DNA from: an uncultured Gammaproteobacteria bacterium
Lineage (GTDB): Bacteria; Patescibacteriota; Patescibacteriia; Patescibacteriales; UBA12465
NCBI GenBank assembly: GCA_964406935.1
Contig: CAYOTM010000001.1
Span: 11,092-75,091 of the forward strand
DNA length: 64,000 nt
Direction: 5' to 3'
Shown: positions 1-9,009 of the stretch, in pieces
Numbering within the stretch: the first letter of the stretch is position 1
Layout: each line of letters begins with the position of its first letter
Notes under the pieces: model-generated
The model's database searches: none
What the model was told of the DNA's origin: nothing
The model's input: only the letters and a program-made list of their open reading frames with translations
Translations under genes and position numbers: made by a program

Positions 1-309
1 AGCGGTGGCAACTGGTTGTTCGAGAAAAAAATAAGGTTTTTTATTAGCACTAGTTTGAAAAACTTTAAATAAACTATAGTTAACCGAATTGGCAACTTCT
101 TCAATTTTAGCATCTTGACTAACCACTACCTTGCGAGCATCTCGAATAATTAAATTAGAGCGATCATCAAGCAAATCAAACTCCCGAGTTAAAGTGAAGC
201 CGGCTAAATCTTGATTAAAATAAACATAAGCAATAATTTGCCCTGCTAAACCAGCGGCTAAACCAAAGAAAATAGCTAATAAAATTGTTAAAAAAAGTGG
301 ATTCTTCAT
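1..309 (-). CDS. N-terminal part of a membrane-anchored protein of unknown function; gene continues past the window start
   Basis: Reverse-strand ATG at 307-309 gives MKNPLFLTILLAIFFGLAAGLAG... (one N-terminal TM helix, then a soluble segment) and stays open to position 1. Absent from the ORF track because it is truncated. Confidence 0.35.
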   Translation of the reverse strand, partial: MKNPLFLTILLAIFFGLAAGLAGQIIAYVYFNQDLAGFTLTREFDLLDDRSNLIIRDARKVVVSQDAKIEEVANSVNYSLFKVFQTSANKKPYFFLEQPVATA

Positions 310-313
310 AAAT

Positions 314-1123
314 TTATAACCAGCGAGCGCTTAATAAAATAATTAAACTAGCGATTGCCGGAAAAGCAATAAACCATTTTAAACGTCGCCCTTTTAATTC
401 CCCGCTTAAACTAAAGCGAGTTAAATTAATCGCGGCATAAAAAATAATCGATAATAATAAGCCAGAAACTGAATAATTAAACGGCAAAAAGAAAAAGATT
501 ACTCCCAATTGCCAGATTGCCCAGGCCACCACCAACCAAAAAAAACGTTGATCAGGTCGTTCAAATAAACCGCTAACATTAGCGGCCGCTAAAGTTAAGG
601 AAAAAACGGCGATTGCTAATAAAAATAAAACTGGAAAAAACCCTAAACTTAAAAACGATTTAACCGCGAATAAGGAGGCACTACTTAAAAATAAAGCTAA
701 AAAATTAACGTATAAAGCTACGCCAATAAAAATATAATCAAAGCTCCGACTACTAAAAAGATCTAAAATATTTTGATTAATTGGTTTTGGCGATAAACGA
801 TGAAAAACTAAACGCCAATATTGATAAATAATAAAAGTAGAAATCAAAATTAAAATCTGAATAGTTAAGCGATTAACTAATAAGGAAGTAAAAACCAGGC
901 TACTAAGAGAAAAAATAGTAGGAACAATCACTAGTAAATAACGAGGCCAGATTGGTTTTTGCCAACCAGGAAGTAGATAAACATTAAATAAATTAATTAA
1001 AATAATAACAAGTAGCGACCAACCAAGCAATTTTGGCCAAAAAAAGATTACTTGAAAAATCAACCAAAAAATTAAGGCCGGCGAATAAACAACTAAATGA
1101 AAACTGCTATTTTTCATAACCAA
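314..1123 (-). CDS. polytopic integral membrane protein, unknown function
   Basis: 269 aa with 7-8 hydrophobic Trp-rich helices. Packed 3 bp after the lipoprotein gene and 5 bp before the next gene, so same operon. Confidence 0.5.
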   Translation of the reverse strand: MVMKNSSFHLVVYSPALIFWLIFQVIFFWPKLLGWSLLVIILINLFNVYLLPGWQKPIWPRYLLVIVPTIFSLSSLVFTSLLVNRLTIQILILISTFIIYQYWRLVFHRLSPKPINQNILDLFSSRSFDYIFIGVALYVNFLALFLSSASLFAVKSFLSLGFFPVLFLLAIAVFSLTLAAANVSGLFERPDQRFFWLVVAWAIWQLGVIFFFLPFNYSVSGLLLSIIFYAAINLTRFSLSGELKGRRLKWFIAFPAIASLIILLSARWL

Positions 1124-1125
1124 AA

Positions 1126-3573
1126 TTAATTTTCTAAATTATTATCCCCACCTTCTGAGTTATTCAAGGAAGAGTCGTTGTCGTCTAAATTAGTTTCTTC
1201 AGTTAAGGGAGAACTGTCAAGATTTTCTGAGTCAACTTGCTCGCCAGTCTCAATCACTGGAACCGGCTCGGGCTCTACTGGTAGAGCAGGGCCAATAATT
1301 GGATTTACTACTGATTCAGGTATTAAAGGTTCAACAATCGGTTCCTCAACTGGTGGAGTTTGACTGTCAATAATATTTTTCCATTCTAAATCAGCCGCAG
1401 AATCTGGTACAAATTTCAAACCACTAACCTCTGATAAATTATCAGCGGGGACCAAACTATTGATTCGTAAAAATTTATTAGACAGGGTATATAAATAATT
1501 ACCAATATATAAACTTCTTTTAACAGTATTATCAAAATAAGATAAACCGCGCCAAGAATCTGATCGACCATAAAGACCACCATCGGAATGATCAACCCGC
1601 CCTCTTTCCTCAAAGCGATCGTTAATAATACTAAAAACAATTGCTCCAGAAAAATCCAGGGACTGATAAAAATCGGAGCGTAGAGCTGTCGGAATGACTA
1701 ATAAATTTTTACTTAAACTAAATAAAAATGCTCGATGATCATCCAGGGCGATTGATTGACTGCCAGCTCCACCAAAAATATAAGCATCTAGTTCTCGCGG
1801 ATTATTAATATCTTGAACATCAAATAAAGACAACTTTAAACCACCCAAACGAACATTGCCATAAGGATCTAAAGTAGTATCGCGACCTAAGCCAATTAAT
1901 TTATTATCATCATAAGGATGCAAATAAGTGGAAAAACCAGGAATTTTTAATTCCCCTAAAACTTGGGGGCTTTTTGGATCACTAAGATCTAAGGCAAATA
2001 ACGGATCAATTTCTTTAAAAGTTACTAAATATCCACGGGGGCCCAAAAAGCGAACGGAATAAATTCTTTCACCCGGAGCAAGATTGCTGACTGACCCAAC
2101 AAGTTGTAGTTGATTATCTAAAATATAAACACCTGAGCTAGATTCTTGAGATTCTTGGAAGCGACTAAAACGACGATCTAGCGTTGTCGCTACTCGCAAA
2201 TGACCATTATACTCATCAAAAGAAAATTGATTTAAAACCCGACCAGGAATTTCACCACTGGCTTGGTGCTGAGACCCTTCTTTAGTGATCGCAATTTTAT
2301 GAATTAAGGTAGTTTGCCAACGATCAGCGACTTCTTGATATTTAGTTTTTAAACGCTCCTCTAGCAATTGTTCTAAACGGTAACGCTCATCACTTGATTG
2401 CTGATTAACAAAAGCTTCCAATACCTGATCAATTTTTAGTTTTTTTTCATGATTAGTTAGTAAAAAGGCGGGAGCTTGTTCAATGGCAACAATTTTTTCC
2501 TGCTCAGCCGGCGCCAAAAGAGGTGACAATACCGCAAATTTACTTTCTAAAATTAAATCATATTCGCTTAAATATTGCGTACCACTAATATAAATCGCTT
2601 CTTTAGAAACATATAAATTTTGAGCACCATTTAACAAATAAATCTGACTATCAACCGGGATTGTCTGATCTTGTAAGTTAATAATATTTAAAGAACTAAA
2701 CATTAATTGATCATAATCAATATCAAAATAAAAAACTTCCGGCGCAAAACAAGGGTTATCGCCAGTACAAGTATTGGGCAATAAACGACCCCCATCAACC
2801 AGGCGAGGAATCAAAGGCTCACCCTCAATATAATTACTATAATTATTTAAAAGCAAATAAACCTGGCCATCAATTAGGCGCGATTGGAAATAAGTACCTT
2901 CAAAGTTTAAATCGCGTAAAGTCTTGGGATTATTTTTATCGCTAATATCAAAAATTTTAAAAAAGGTATAAGGAGTTTGTCTTTTAAAGCTGCGGTAAAT
3001 ATCAGTGGCAATAATTTGCTCGTCACTGCCCATCACCGCTAAGCGGTCACCATCAATAAAAATATCAGACGGTCGTGAACGAAAAGAAATTTTTGACTCA
3101 ATTTTTAATTCTTCGGGAGGAAAGGCTTTAATAATATAAAGATCATTGTAAACTAGAGCATAAATATAGTTACCATCAGTTTTAATTAAATCAGCTTCAT
3201 CAACGCCGGCTACTTGAATATTAGTAGTAGAAAAATCTGAAGAACCTTCTTCTAGTTGTTGTTTCATGGCTGGGGCCGCCTCGCTAAAAACCATATCATC
3301 CATCATGACCATGTCGCCACGAAGATAATTCATCGCTGCCCCTTGATTAATTTTCCAAGAACTTAAAAAAGTTTGTAAGTCATTATAGTCAGTAAATTTC
3401 TGCAAACTACCATTAGGGGCCTCCAAACTAAAAATTTCCACCTCCCCAATTTGCGCTACTGGTGGTTTTGTCTCCGGCGTAATTGTCTTTGGTTTGCGAA
3501 AATTCAGCGAACAACCAGTCAGTAAAAAGGCGAGAATAAAAATCGACAAGATTAAAAATAATTTATTTTTCAT
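1126..3573 (-). CDS. large secreted lipoprotein, probable C-terminal beta-propeller, with Pro/Glu/Asp-rich low-complexity tail
   Basis: Signal peptide plus lipobox (LLTGC). 815 aa; body resembles the beta-propeller secreted-protein family (PF09826-like). C-terminus PVEPEPVPV...DDNDSSLNNSEGGDNNLEN. Confidence 0.5.
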   Translation of the reverse strand: MKNKLFLILSIFILAFLLTGCSLNFRKPKTITPETKPPVAQIGEVEIFSLEAPNGSLQKFTDYNDLQTFLSSWKINQGAAMNYLRGDMVMMDDMVFSEAAPAMKQQLEEGSSDFSTTNIQVAGVDEADLIKTDGNYIYALVYNDLYIIKAFPPEELKIESKISFRSRPSDIFIDGDRLAVMGSDEQIIATDIYRSFKRQTPYTFFKIFDISDKNNPKTLRDLNFEGTYFQSRLIDGQVYLLLNNYSNYIEGEPLIPRLVDGGRLLPNTCTGDNPCFAPEVFYFDIDYDQLMFSSLNIINLQDQTIPVDSQIYLLNGAQNLYVSKEAIYISGTQYLSEYDLILESKFAVLSPLLAPAEQEKIVAIEQAPAFLLTNHEKKLKIDQVLEAFVNQQSSDERYRLEQLLEERLKTKYQEVADRWQTTLIHKIAITKEGSQHQASGEIPGRVLNQFSFDEYNGHLRVATTLDRRFSRFQESQESSSGVYILDNQLQLVGSVSNLAPGERIYSVRFLGPRGYLVTFKEIDPLFALDLSDPKSPQVLGELKIPGFSTYLHPYDDNKLIGLGRDTTLDPYGNVRLGGLKLSLFDVQDINNPRELDAYIFGGAGSQSIALDDHRAFLFSLSKNLLVIPTALRSDFYQSLDFSGAIVFSIINDRFEERGRVDHSDGGLYGRSDSWRGLSYFDNTVKRSLYIGNYLYTLSNKFLRINSLVPADNLSEVSGLKFVPDSAADLEWKNIIDSQTPPVEEPIVEPLIPESVVNPIIGPALPVEPEPVPVIETGEQVDSENLDSSPLTEETNLDDNDSSLNNSEGGDNNLEN

Positions 3574-3635
3574 AAATTTTAAAATAGGGTTTGTTATTAT
3601 CTATTTTACCTTAAATTAACACTTTTAACAACTAA

Positions 3636-3653
3636 AACGCCAGGGGAGGCGTT
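3636..3653 (-). terminator. candidate stem-loop terminator after the wecA-queH fusion gene
   Basis: AACGCC-agggga-GGCGTT hairpin; U-run on the minus-strand transcript. Confidence 0.35.
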
Positions 3654-3684
3654 CTTTAAAAAAAATAAATTTACAGCTGAAATA

Positions 3685-5259
3685 TTAATTGTTTTTTTGA
3701 CTAAAATAACAGCCACAAAATTTTTGTAAATACCAACCCTTAGCTTTAGCAAAATTATAGGAGCGACGAAAACCATCGTTGGCTTGAAAATCAATATCAA
3801 GAAATTTAAGCTGATAATCTTGGGCTAACTGCTTGCCAATATTTTTTAAAGCCTGACTGTCTTTATAAGGACTAACCAACAAGCTACTACCAAAATAACC
3901 AAAACCCTGAGCCTTGGCTAGTTTAGCAGTTTTAGCTAAACGATCGCGATAACATAAACGGCAACGCTCCCCTCGTTCCAGATCTGCTTCATGGCCCTGG
4001 ACTAATTGTTGCCAAGGAGCCGGATCATAGGGTTCAATAATTAAATTAAAATTGTATTCATGGGCCGCCGCCTCAACCGCCTGCAAGCGCTTGTCATATT
4101 CTTCCTGAGAAACTAAATTAGGATTATAAAAATACCAAGTTAATTTAAACTCCTTATTTAATTTTTCTTTACTAAAATAACTAGCGCAGGGAGCGCAACA
4201 AATATGAAATAATAAGCTCGGTCGTTTATCAACATAATAAGAAAAATAAATAACAATCCCTAGCATTAATAAAAACAAGATTAATAAAGCTAAAATTTTC
4301 CCCTGACTTTGGAGGAATAAACCACTAATTCCAAAAAATATTGCTAGACCATAATAAAATAGAGCGGTCTGACGCTGACTAAAACCAGAGTCTAGCAGGC
4401 GATGATGAAGATGTTGACGATCAGCAAATCGCAAGGGATTTTTCCCAGCCTTTAAGCGTCGAATAATTGTCCAAGCAACATCTAAGGCGGGCAGACCAAT
4501 AATTAATAAAGTGATGGCAATCTTAGCGCCCGAAATAATCGCTAACACTCCCAAGCTATAACCAACCAGTAAAGATCCTCCGTCTCCTAAAAAAACTGAG
4601 GCTGGAAAAAAATTAAATAATAAAAATCCTAAACAGGCAGCACTAAAAATTAAAGCGGCTAAAGCAATGTCTGGTTGATAATAAGGAGTTAATAAAGTAA
4701 ATAGAAAAATGATAAACGCCCCAATTGTTCCTAGGCCGGTAACTAAGCCATCAATCCCATCTAGTAACTTAGTGGTATACATCATGCCTAGCAACCAAAT
4801 AATAATAATAGCGGAGCTTAGCCAATTAATATTCTCTAAAGAAATGACTCCACCTCCCGGATTACTCAGGCGAGCAATTTCTACCCCACCTAATAAAACA
4901 GCAATAATTGCTAACAAAGGAAAAATAATTTGCTGCCAAGGAGATAATTTAAAACGATCATCTAAAGTGCCGCCAATCATTAAAATTAAAGCCCCGATTA
5001 AAAATCCCAGCCAATGACGATAATCAAGGTCGCCAGCAATCAACTGAGGGGTCACTAAAATCAACCCAATTAAAAAAGCCAAAAAAATCGCCCAACCACC
5101 CCCCAAAGGAATCGCTTGGCGATGAATTTTTCGCTGTTTATCGGGAAAATCTAACAATTTAAAACGCAAAGCTAATTGTCGCCAAAAAACAGTAAAAATA
5201 GCAGAAACTGCTAATGTTAGGAAAAAATATAAGAGATATAGGTAATTAAACATAGGCAA
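3685..5259 (-). CDS. fusion protein: N-terminal GT4 MraY/WecA-family polyprenyl-phosphate N-acetylhexosamine-1-phosphate transferase (about aa 1-340) plus C-terminal QueH-like (DUF208, epoxyqueuosine reductase family) domain (about aa 345-524)
   Basis: N-part: about 10 TM helices with the motifs LDDRFKL, LDGIDGLVTG and VFLGDGGSL of MraY/WecA transferases. C-part: LLFHICCAPCASYF and KFCGCYFS, the two cysteine motifs of DUF208/QueH. Continuous reading frame across the junction with no internal start. Confidence 0.75.
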   Translation of the reverse strand: MPMFNYLYLLYFFLTLAVSAIFTVFWRQLALRFKLLDFPDKQRKIHRQAIPLGGGWAIFLAFLIGLILVTPQLIAGDLDYRHWLGFLIGALILMIGGTLDDRFKLSPWQQIIFPLLAIIAVLLGGVEIARLSNPGGGVISLENINWLSSAIIIIWLLGMMYTTKLLDGIDGLVTGLGTIGAFIIFLFTLLTPYYQPDIALAALIFSAACLGFLLFNFFPASVFLGDGGSLLVGYSLGVLAIISGAKIAITLLIIGLPALDVAWTIIRRLKAGKNPLRFADRQHLHHRLLDSGFSQRQTALFYYGLAIFFGISGLFLQSQGKILALLILFLLMLGIVIYFSYYVDKRPSLLFHICCAPCASYFSKEKLNKEFKLTWYFYNPNLVSQEEYDKRLQAVEAAAHEYNFNLIIEPYDPAPWQQLVQGHEADLERGERCRLCYRDRLAKTAKLAKAQGFGYFGSSLLVSPYKDSQALKNIGKQLAQDYQLKFLDIDFQANDGFRRSYNFAKAKGWYLQKFCGCYFSQKNN

Positions 5260-5351
5260 ACTAGGATAAATTAGTTGACAATTAGGGATATTTAGCCTAA
5301 AATAAGAGGACGTTCAAAAATAATGTTCATTTTAAAAAAGGAGGTCTATGT

Positions 5352-5726
5352 ATGAAGAAAAGAAACAGGCGGTTGCAACCGCTAATTGAGGCGTTTGAGA
5401 ATAATCAAAGCGCAGATTTTATTGAAAAACTCAACCCCCAAGACGTAGGGAATTTATTAAATCTGATCGAGCTCCGGGAAAAAGAGCTCACCAGCCATTA
5501 CCACCTAATGAGGGGAAAAGTTCACCAAGAAATCAGCACTCAACATGTTCTTAAATCGGCTTTGGCAACGATTGCCGACATTGAGCTCGCTCAATTTGAG
5601 CAGTTAGCGGCCATCAGGCAACTGCTTGTTGTAAAAAAACAAGCAAACCAAGAAAGAAAACAAGAAAGAATCCTCATGTATGAGGAAAATCAGCAAACAC
5701 CGCTGAGAATGGCTGCCGGCGCCTAA
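5352..5726 (+). CDS. hypothetical protein, predicted coiled coil
   Basis: 124 aa, charged and Gln/Glu-rich. A terminator follows. Confidence 0.4.
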   Translation: MKKRNRRLQPLIEAFENNQSADFIEKLNPQDVGNLLNLIELREKELTSHYHLMRGKVHQEISTQHVLKSALATIADIELAQFEQLAAIRQLLVVKKQANQERKQERILMYEENQQTPLRMAAGA

Positions 5727-5753
5727 GCTAAGGCCCGTGCCCCAAAACAACCA

Positions 5754-5782
5754 GAAGGCTTCAAGCAATTGAAGCCTTTTTT
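5754..5782 (+). terminator. rho-independent terminator
   Basis: AAGGCTTCAA-gcaa-TTGAAGCCTT followed by TTTTTC. Confidence 0.6.
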
Positions 5783-5787
5783 TCATT

Positions 5788-8469
5788 TTATAGATCCCTC
5801 CCTTTTTCTACTTCAATTTCTCCGCGATAATTAACAATCACCGTATCACGACGCTTGAGCTCACCAGCTAATAATTTATTAGCAATAATATTTTCTACTT
5901 TGTCTTGCAATAAGCGACGCAACGGGCGAGCGCCAAATTTGGGATCATAACCTTGACGGGCTAACTCTAAAACACCGTCACGATCAGCTCGCATAAATAA
6001 ACCCTTGCTAGTAATGTTTTGCTTAATATTTTTCAACATCAAGGTAGCAATTCTAAAAATATGATCTTCAGATAAAGGAGTAAAGACAATAATCCCATCA
6101 AAACGATTAATTAATTCCGGGCGCATATGTTGATTTAAGCGATTATCAACTAATTCTTGTCTGATTTCTTCAACTTTCGTATTTTTCTTAATTTCCTCTT
6201 GAATGTAGTTGGCTCCGATATTAGAAGTGGCGATAATAATTGATTCGGTAAAACTAATCGTTCTTCCCTGACCATCAGTTAAGCGTCCGTCATCAAGCAT
6301 TTGTAAAAATAAATTTAAAATATCGGGATGCGCTTTTTCAATTTCATCAAATAAAATTAGGGCAAAAGGTTTTTTACGCACCGCTTCGGTTAAATGACCC
6401 AAAGTACCGTCAACATCACCAATCATTTTGCGAACACTCTCCGGGCGCTGATATTCACTCATATCAATCCGGACCATATATTGTTCGCCGCCAAAGTAAA
6501 CCTCAGACACGGTTTTGGCTAATTCGGTTTTACCAACGCCAGTTGGCCCTAAAAAGAGAAAGCTAGCAATTGGCCGTTTATTGTCTTTAATGGCTGCTCG
6601 CGAGCGCCTTAAACTAGCTGCCACTGCCTTGACAGCTTCTTCTTGACCAATCATGCGACGATGAATTTCCTCTTCTAAATTTAATAATTTAACACTTTCA
6701 TCTTCGGTAATTTTTTGAATCGGGACACCAATTAAGTCAGAAATTGCCGCCGACACTTCCTCGCCCTGACATAGGGCTCGCTGAGGATCGTGACGAGCTG
6801 CTTTAGCGGAAATGATGGCGGCTGATCGTAAAAGATCAATTGCCTTGGCGGGTAAAAATTTATCGTGTAAATATTTGACTGACAATTTAACCGCCTGATC
6901 AAGGGCGCTATAAGAAAAAAAGATACCGTGGTTGGCTTCAATGCTAGCCACTTTACTTTCTAAAATTTGAATTACCTGATTATGACTGGGCTCCGCAACG
7001 CCCACGGTAGTCATCGCTTCACCCAAGGCCTGCCCCTCAACATAACGAGAATAATTTTCCGAATTAACCGTCGCTAAACAATAAACATGCCGACGCGTTA
7101 AGGCCTCGGCTAAAACTTCCGATAAATCTAAGCTTTGTTCTTGGCCGGCCGTAATCCCAATAATATTTTCAATGTTATTAATATACAAAACGATATTGCC
7201 AGCCCGACTAGCTTCACTAATTGAACTAAGCATTCTTTCCTGAGAAACATTGGGATTAGCGCCACTGACTAAGCGAGAAATATCCAGTTCAACCAAGCGA
7301 CGATCTTTTAAAAATTTTGGCACTTCTTCGCTAACCATTAATTGGGCGATACCTTCGACAATCGTTCGTTTGCCAACACCAGTATGTCCAACTAGTAAAA
7401 TTCCTGTTTGACCACTAGCCAAAGATTCAAAAACAGAATCAATTTCTTGTTGACGACCGACACAAAATTCTAAACGACCATTTTTAGCTGCTAAGGTTAA
7501 GTCATGTGAAAAGTGATCTAGGGTGGGTGTAGCAATCGCCGTATAGGCACGATTCATGCCGCTTGATGGTTTAAAAGCCGCTAGCTTCCGCCAAGAACGT
7601 AAACGATCTAACATTTTTTCATTGGTAAAGGCCCAAGCGACCACATTTTTTAACTTATCTTCATCAAGCTCTAAATCATACAAAATATCGGCTAATAATT
7701 TATCTTGAGACCAGCAAAAGGCCAAGAGATTAACTGGATTAACCGCTGGCTGACGCCGCCTAACTGTTTCTTGAAAAGCAAAAATTAATAATTCCTGTAA
7801 TTTATCAGACCACTTTAGTTTACCAGTAAATTCTTGAGGATCATTAATATTTAAATGTTTATCTAATTTAGTTACTAAGTCAGGAGCAGAAATGCCTAAG
7901 CGAACAAATAAAGCTTGGACTTCTTTATTTTTTAACAAAGCTCTAAATAAATGCAAAACACCCACTTCATTTTGTTTTAAACGATTAGTAAGCAGCCAAG
8001 CATCTTCTAAAACAATATCGGCCGCCTGACTATAGGCTTGACTAACATTATAGTCAATTAATTTACTGTTTAAGGGAACATCATCTTGATTAAATGGTTT
8101 GTGATGAATTTTATTAATCGCGGCCTGCTCTTCGCTTTGACGATAAATAAAAAAGAGGGCAAAGGACCAAGAAAGGAGAAACCATAAAACTAGTGGGTGG
8201 GGCTGTCGCCAAAACATTAAAAGTTCCCGGGGATCAAGTTGAATACTTTGGGTTTGTAAAAACAACCAAATAAGTAAAGCTAGCCAACCAGAAATTGCTA
8301 ACCCTAAAGAAATTTTTTTAATTAATTTATCAAGTTGGCGACGGCTACGAATTAAGACAATAAAAGCTAAGCTCAAATCTAACTTCCAATACAAAAAATG
8401 TTGACGCCAATTTAGACCCCAGTGATTACTCTCAGCTTGATGATAAAATTTAATCTCCACCTCATCCAT
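5788..8469 (-). CDS. membrane-anchored Hsp100/Clp-family AAA+ protein (ClpB/ClpC paralog) with a degenerate first nucleotide-binding domain
   Basis: 893 aa: 2-3 N-terminal TM helices, Clp_N-like repeats, then NBD1 with GHTGVGKR (Walker A Thr to Arg) and VLYINNIEN (Walker B DE to NN), then an intact NBD2 ([32 protein letters not shown]). No M-domain coiled coil and no IGF/LGF ClpP-docking loop. Confidence 0.8.
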   Translation of the reverse strand: MDEVEIKFYHQAESNHWGLNWRQHFLYWKLDLSLAFIVLIRSRRQLDKLIKKISLGLAISGWLALLIWLFLQTQSIQLDPRELLMFWRQPHPLVLWFLLSWSFALFFIYRQSEEQAAINKIHHKPFNQDDVPLNSKLIDYNVSQAYSQAADIVLEDAWLLTNRLKQNEVGVLHLFRALLKNKEVQALFVRLGISAPDLVTKLDKHLNINDPQEFTGKLKWSDKLQELLIFAFQETVRRRQPAVNPVNLLAFCWSQDKLLADILYDLELDEDKLKNVVAWAFTNEKMLDRLRSWRKLAAFKPSSGMNRAYTAIATPTLDHFSHDLTLAAKNGRLEFCVGRQQEIDSVFESLASGQTGILLVGHTGVGKRTIVEGIAQLMVSEEVPKFLKDRRLVELDISRLVSGANPNVSQERMLSSISEASRAGNIVLYINNIENIIGITAGQEQSLDLSEVLAEALTRRHVYCLATVNSENYSRYVEGQALGEAMTTVGVAEPSHNQVIQILESKVASIEANHGIFFSYSALDQAVKLSVKYLHDKFLPAKAIDLLRSAAIISAKAARHDPQRALCQGEEVSAAISDLIGVPIQKITEDESVKLLNLEEEIHRRMIGQEEAVKAVAASLRRSRAAIKDNKRPIASFLFLGPTGVGKTELAKTVSEVYFGGEQYMVRIDMSEYQRPESVRKMIGDVDGTLGHLTEAVRKKPFALILFDEIEKAHPDILNLFLQMLDDGRLTDGQGRTISFTESIIIATSNIGANYIQEEIKKNTKVEEIRQELVDNRLNQHMRPELINRFDGIIVFTPLSEDHIFRIATLMLKNIKQNITSKGLFMRADRDGVLELARQGYDPKFGARPLRRLLQDKVENIIANKLLAGELKRRDTVIVNYRGEIEVEKGRDL

Positions 8470-8473
8470 AAGT

Positions 8474-8914
8474 TTAGGCTAATAATTGTTCATAAATTGC
8501 CCAAGCTAAAGCTAGGGGCCAGGCAATCCATAAAATAACCAAAATTAAACAAGCGATTAACCAGGCGAGTAAAATAAAGGTACGGGCAACAATTTGTACT
8601 AAGCGAACCAAGAAACTAATAAGTCGACCAGTGATATCAAATTGACCATACATCGGGACAAAAATATTTTTGATCCACACCCAGACCCCTAAAGAATAAA
8701 ACTGATCTTGCCAAAAATAAAAAATTCGTTTGGAAAAACGAAGTAAGCCGGTGCTATACCACCAGACTGGAAAATATAAAAATTGACCAACGACACCCGC
8801 TAATAAAGAAAAACGGGTGGTAAAATAATTATCAGACTTCATACTTAAATAGTATACCACAAAAAGACTAGAGGATAAATATAAAAAAATTATTATTGCC
8901 CAATAATTAAACAA
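8474..8914 (-). CDS. small Trp-rich membrane protein co-transcribed with the Clp paralog
   Basis: 146 aa with 4 predicted TM helices. Its stop lies 5 bp before the Clp-paralog start. Confidence 0.5.
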   Translation of the reverse strand: MFNYWAIIIFLYLSSSLFVVYYLSMKSDNYFTTRFSLLAGVVGQFLYFPVWWYSTGLLRFSKRIFYFWQDQFYSLGVWVWIKNIFVPMYGQFDITGRLISFLVRLVQIVARTFILLAWLIACLILVILWIAWPLALAWAIYEQLLA

Positions 8915-8957
8915 CTGCTAGCAATTGACAAGCTATTTATTGTATATTATCATGGAC

Positions 8958-8984
8958 TTAGCACTCTCAAATTGAGACTGCTAA
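8958..8984. promoter_or_regulatory. CIRCE-like HrcA operator between the divergent clp-paralog operon and clpB
   Basis: TTAGCACTC-tcaaattga-GACTGCTAA against consensus TTAGCACTC-N9-GAGTGCTAA (1 mismatch). Confidence 0.6.
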
Positions 8985-9009
8985 TTACAAATTTAATTAA
9001 AATTCTAAT

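Noticed and set aside
1178-1363. Antisense or embedded small ORFs from the six-frame track (1178-1363, 1416-1640, 3606-3800, 4709-5017, 5604-5786, 6732-6941, 10599-10886, 11040-11285, 16120-16302, 16344-16532, 20504-20884, 21088-21330, 22069-22260, 22473-22694, 26576-26812, 30813-31313 set, 31317-31523, 35598-36134, 38251-38514, 39697-39891, 41163-41378, 46562-46789, 47240-47533, 50094-50312, 53271-53522, 59747-59968, 60560-60823, 62155-62340, 63405-63602)
   Set aside because: All lie inside or antisense to well-supported longer genes, have low-complexity or stop-adjacent composition typical of AT-rich antisense frames, and carry no recognisable motifs.
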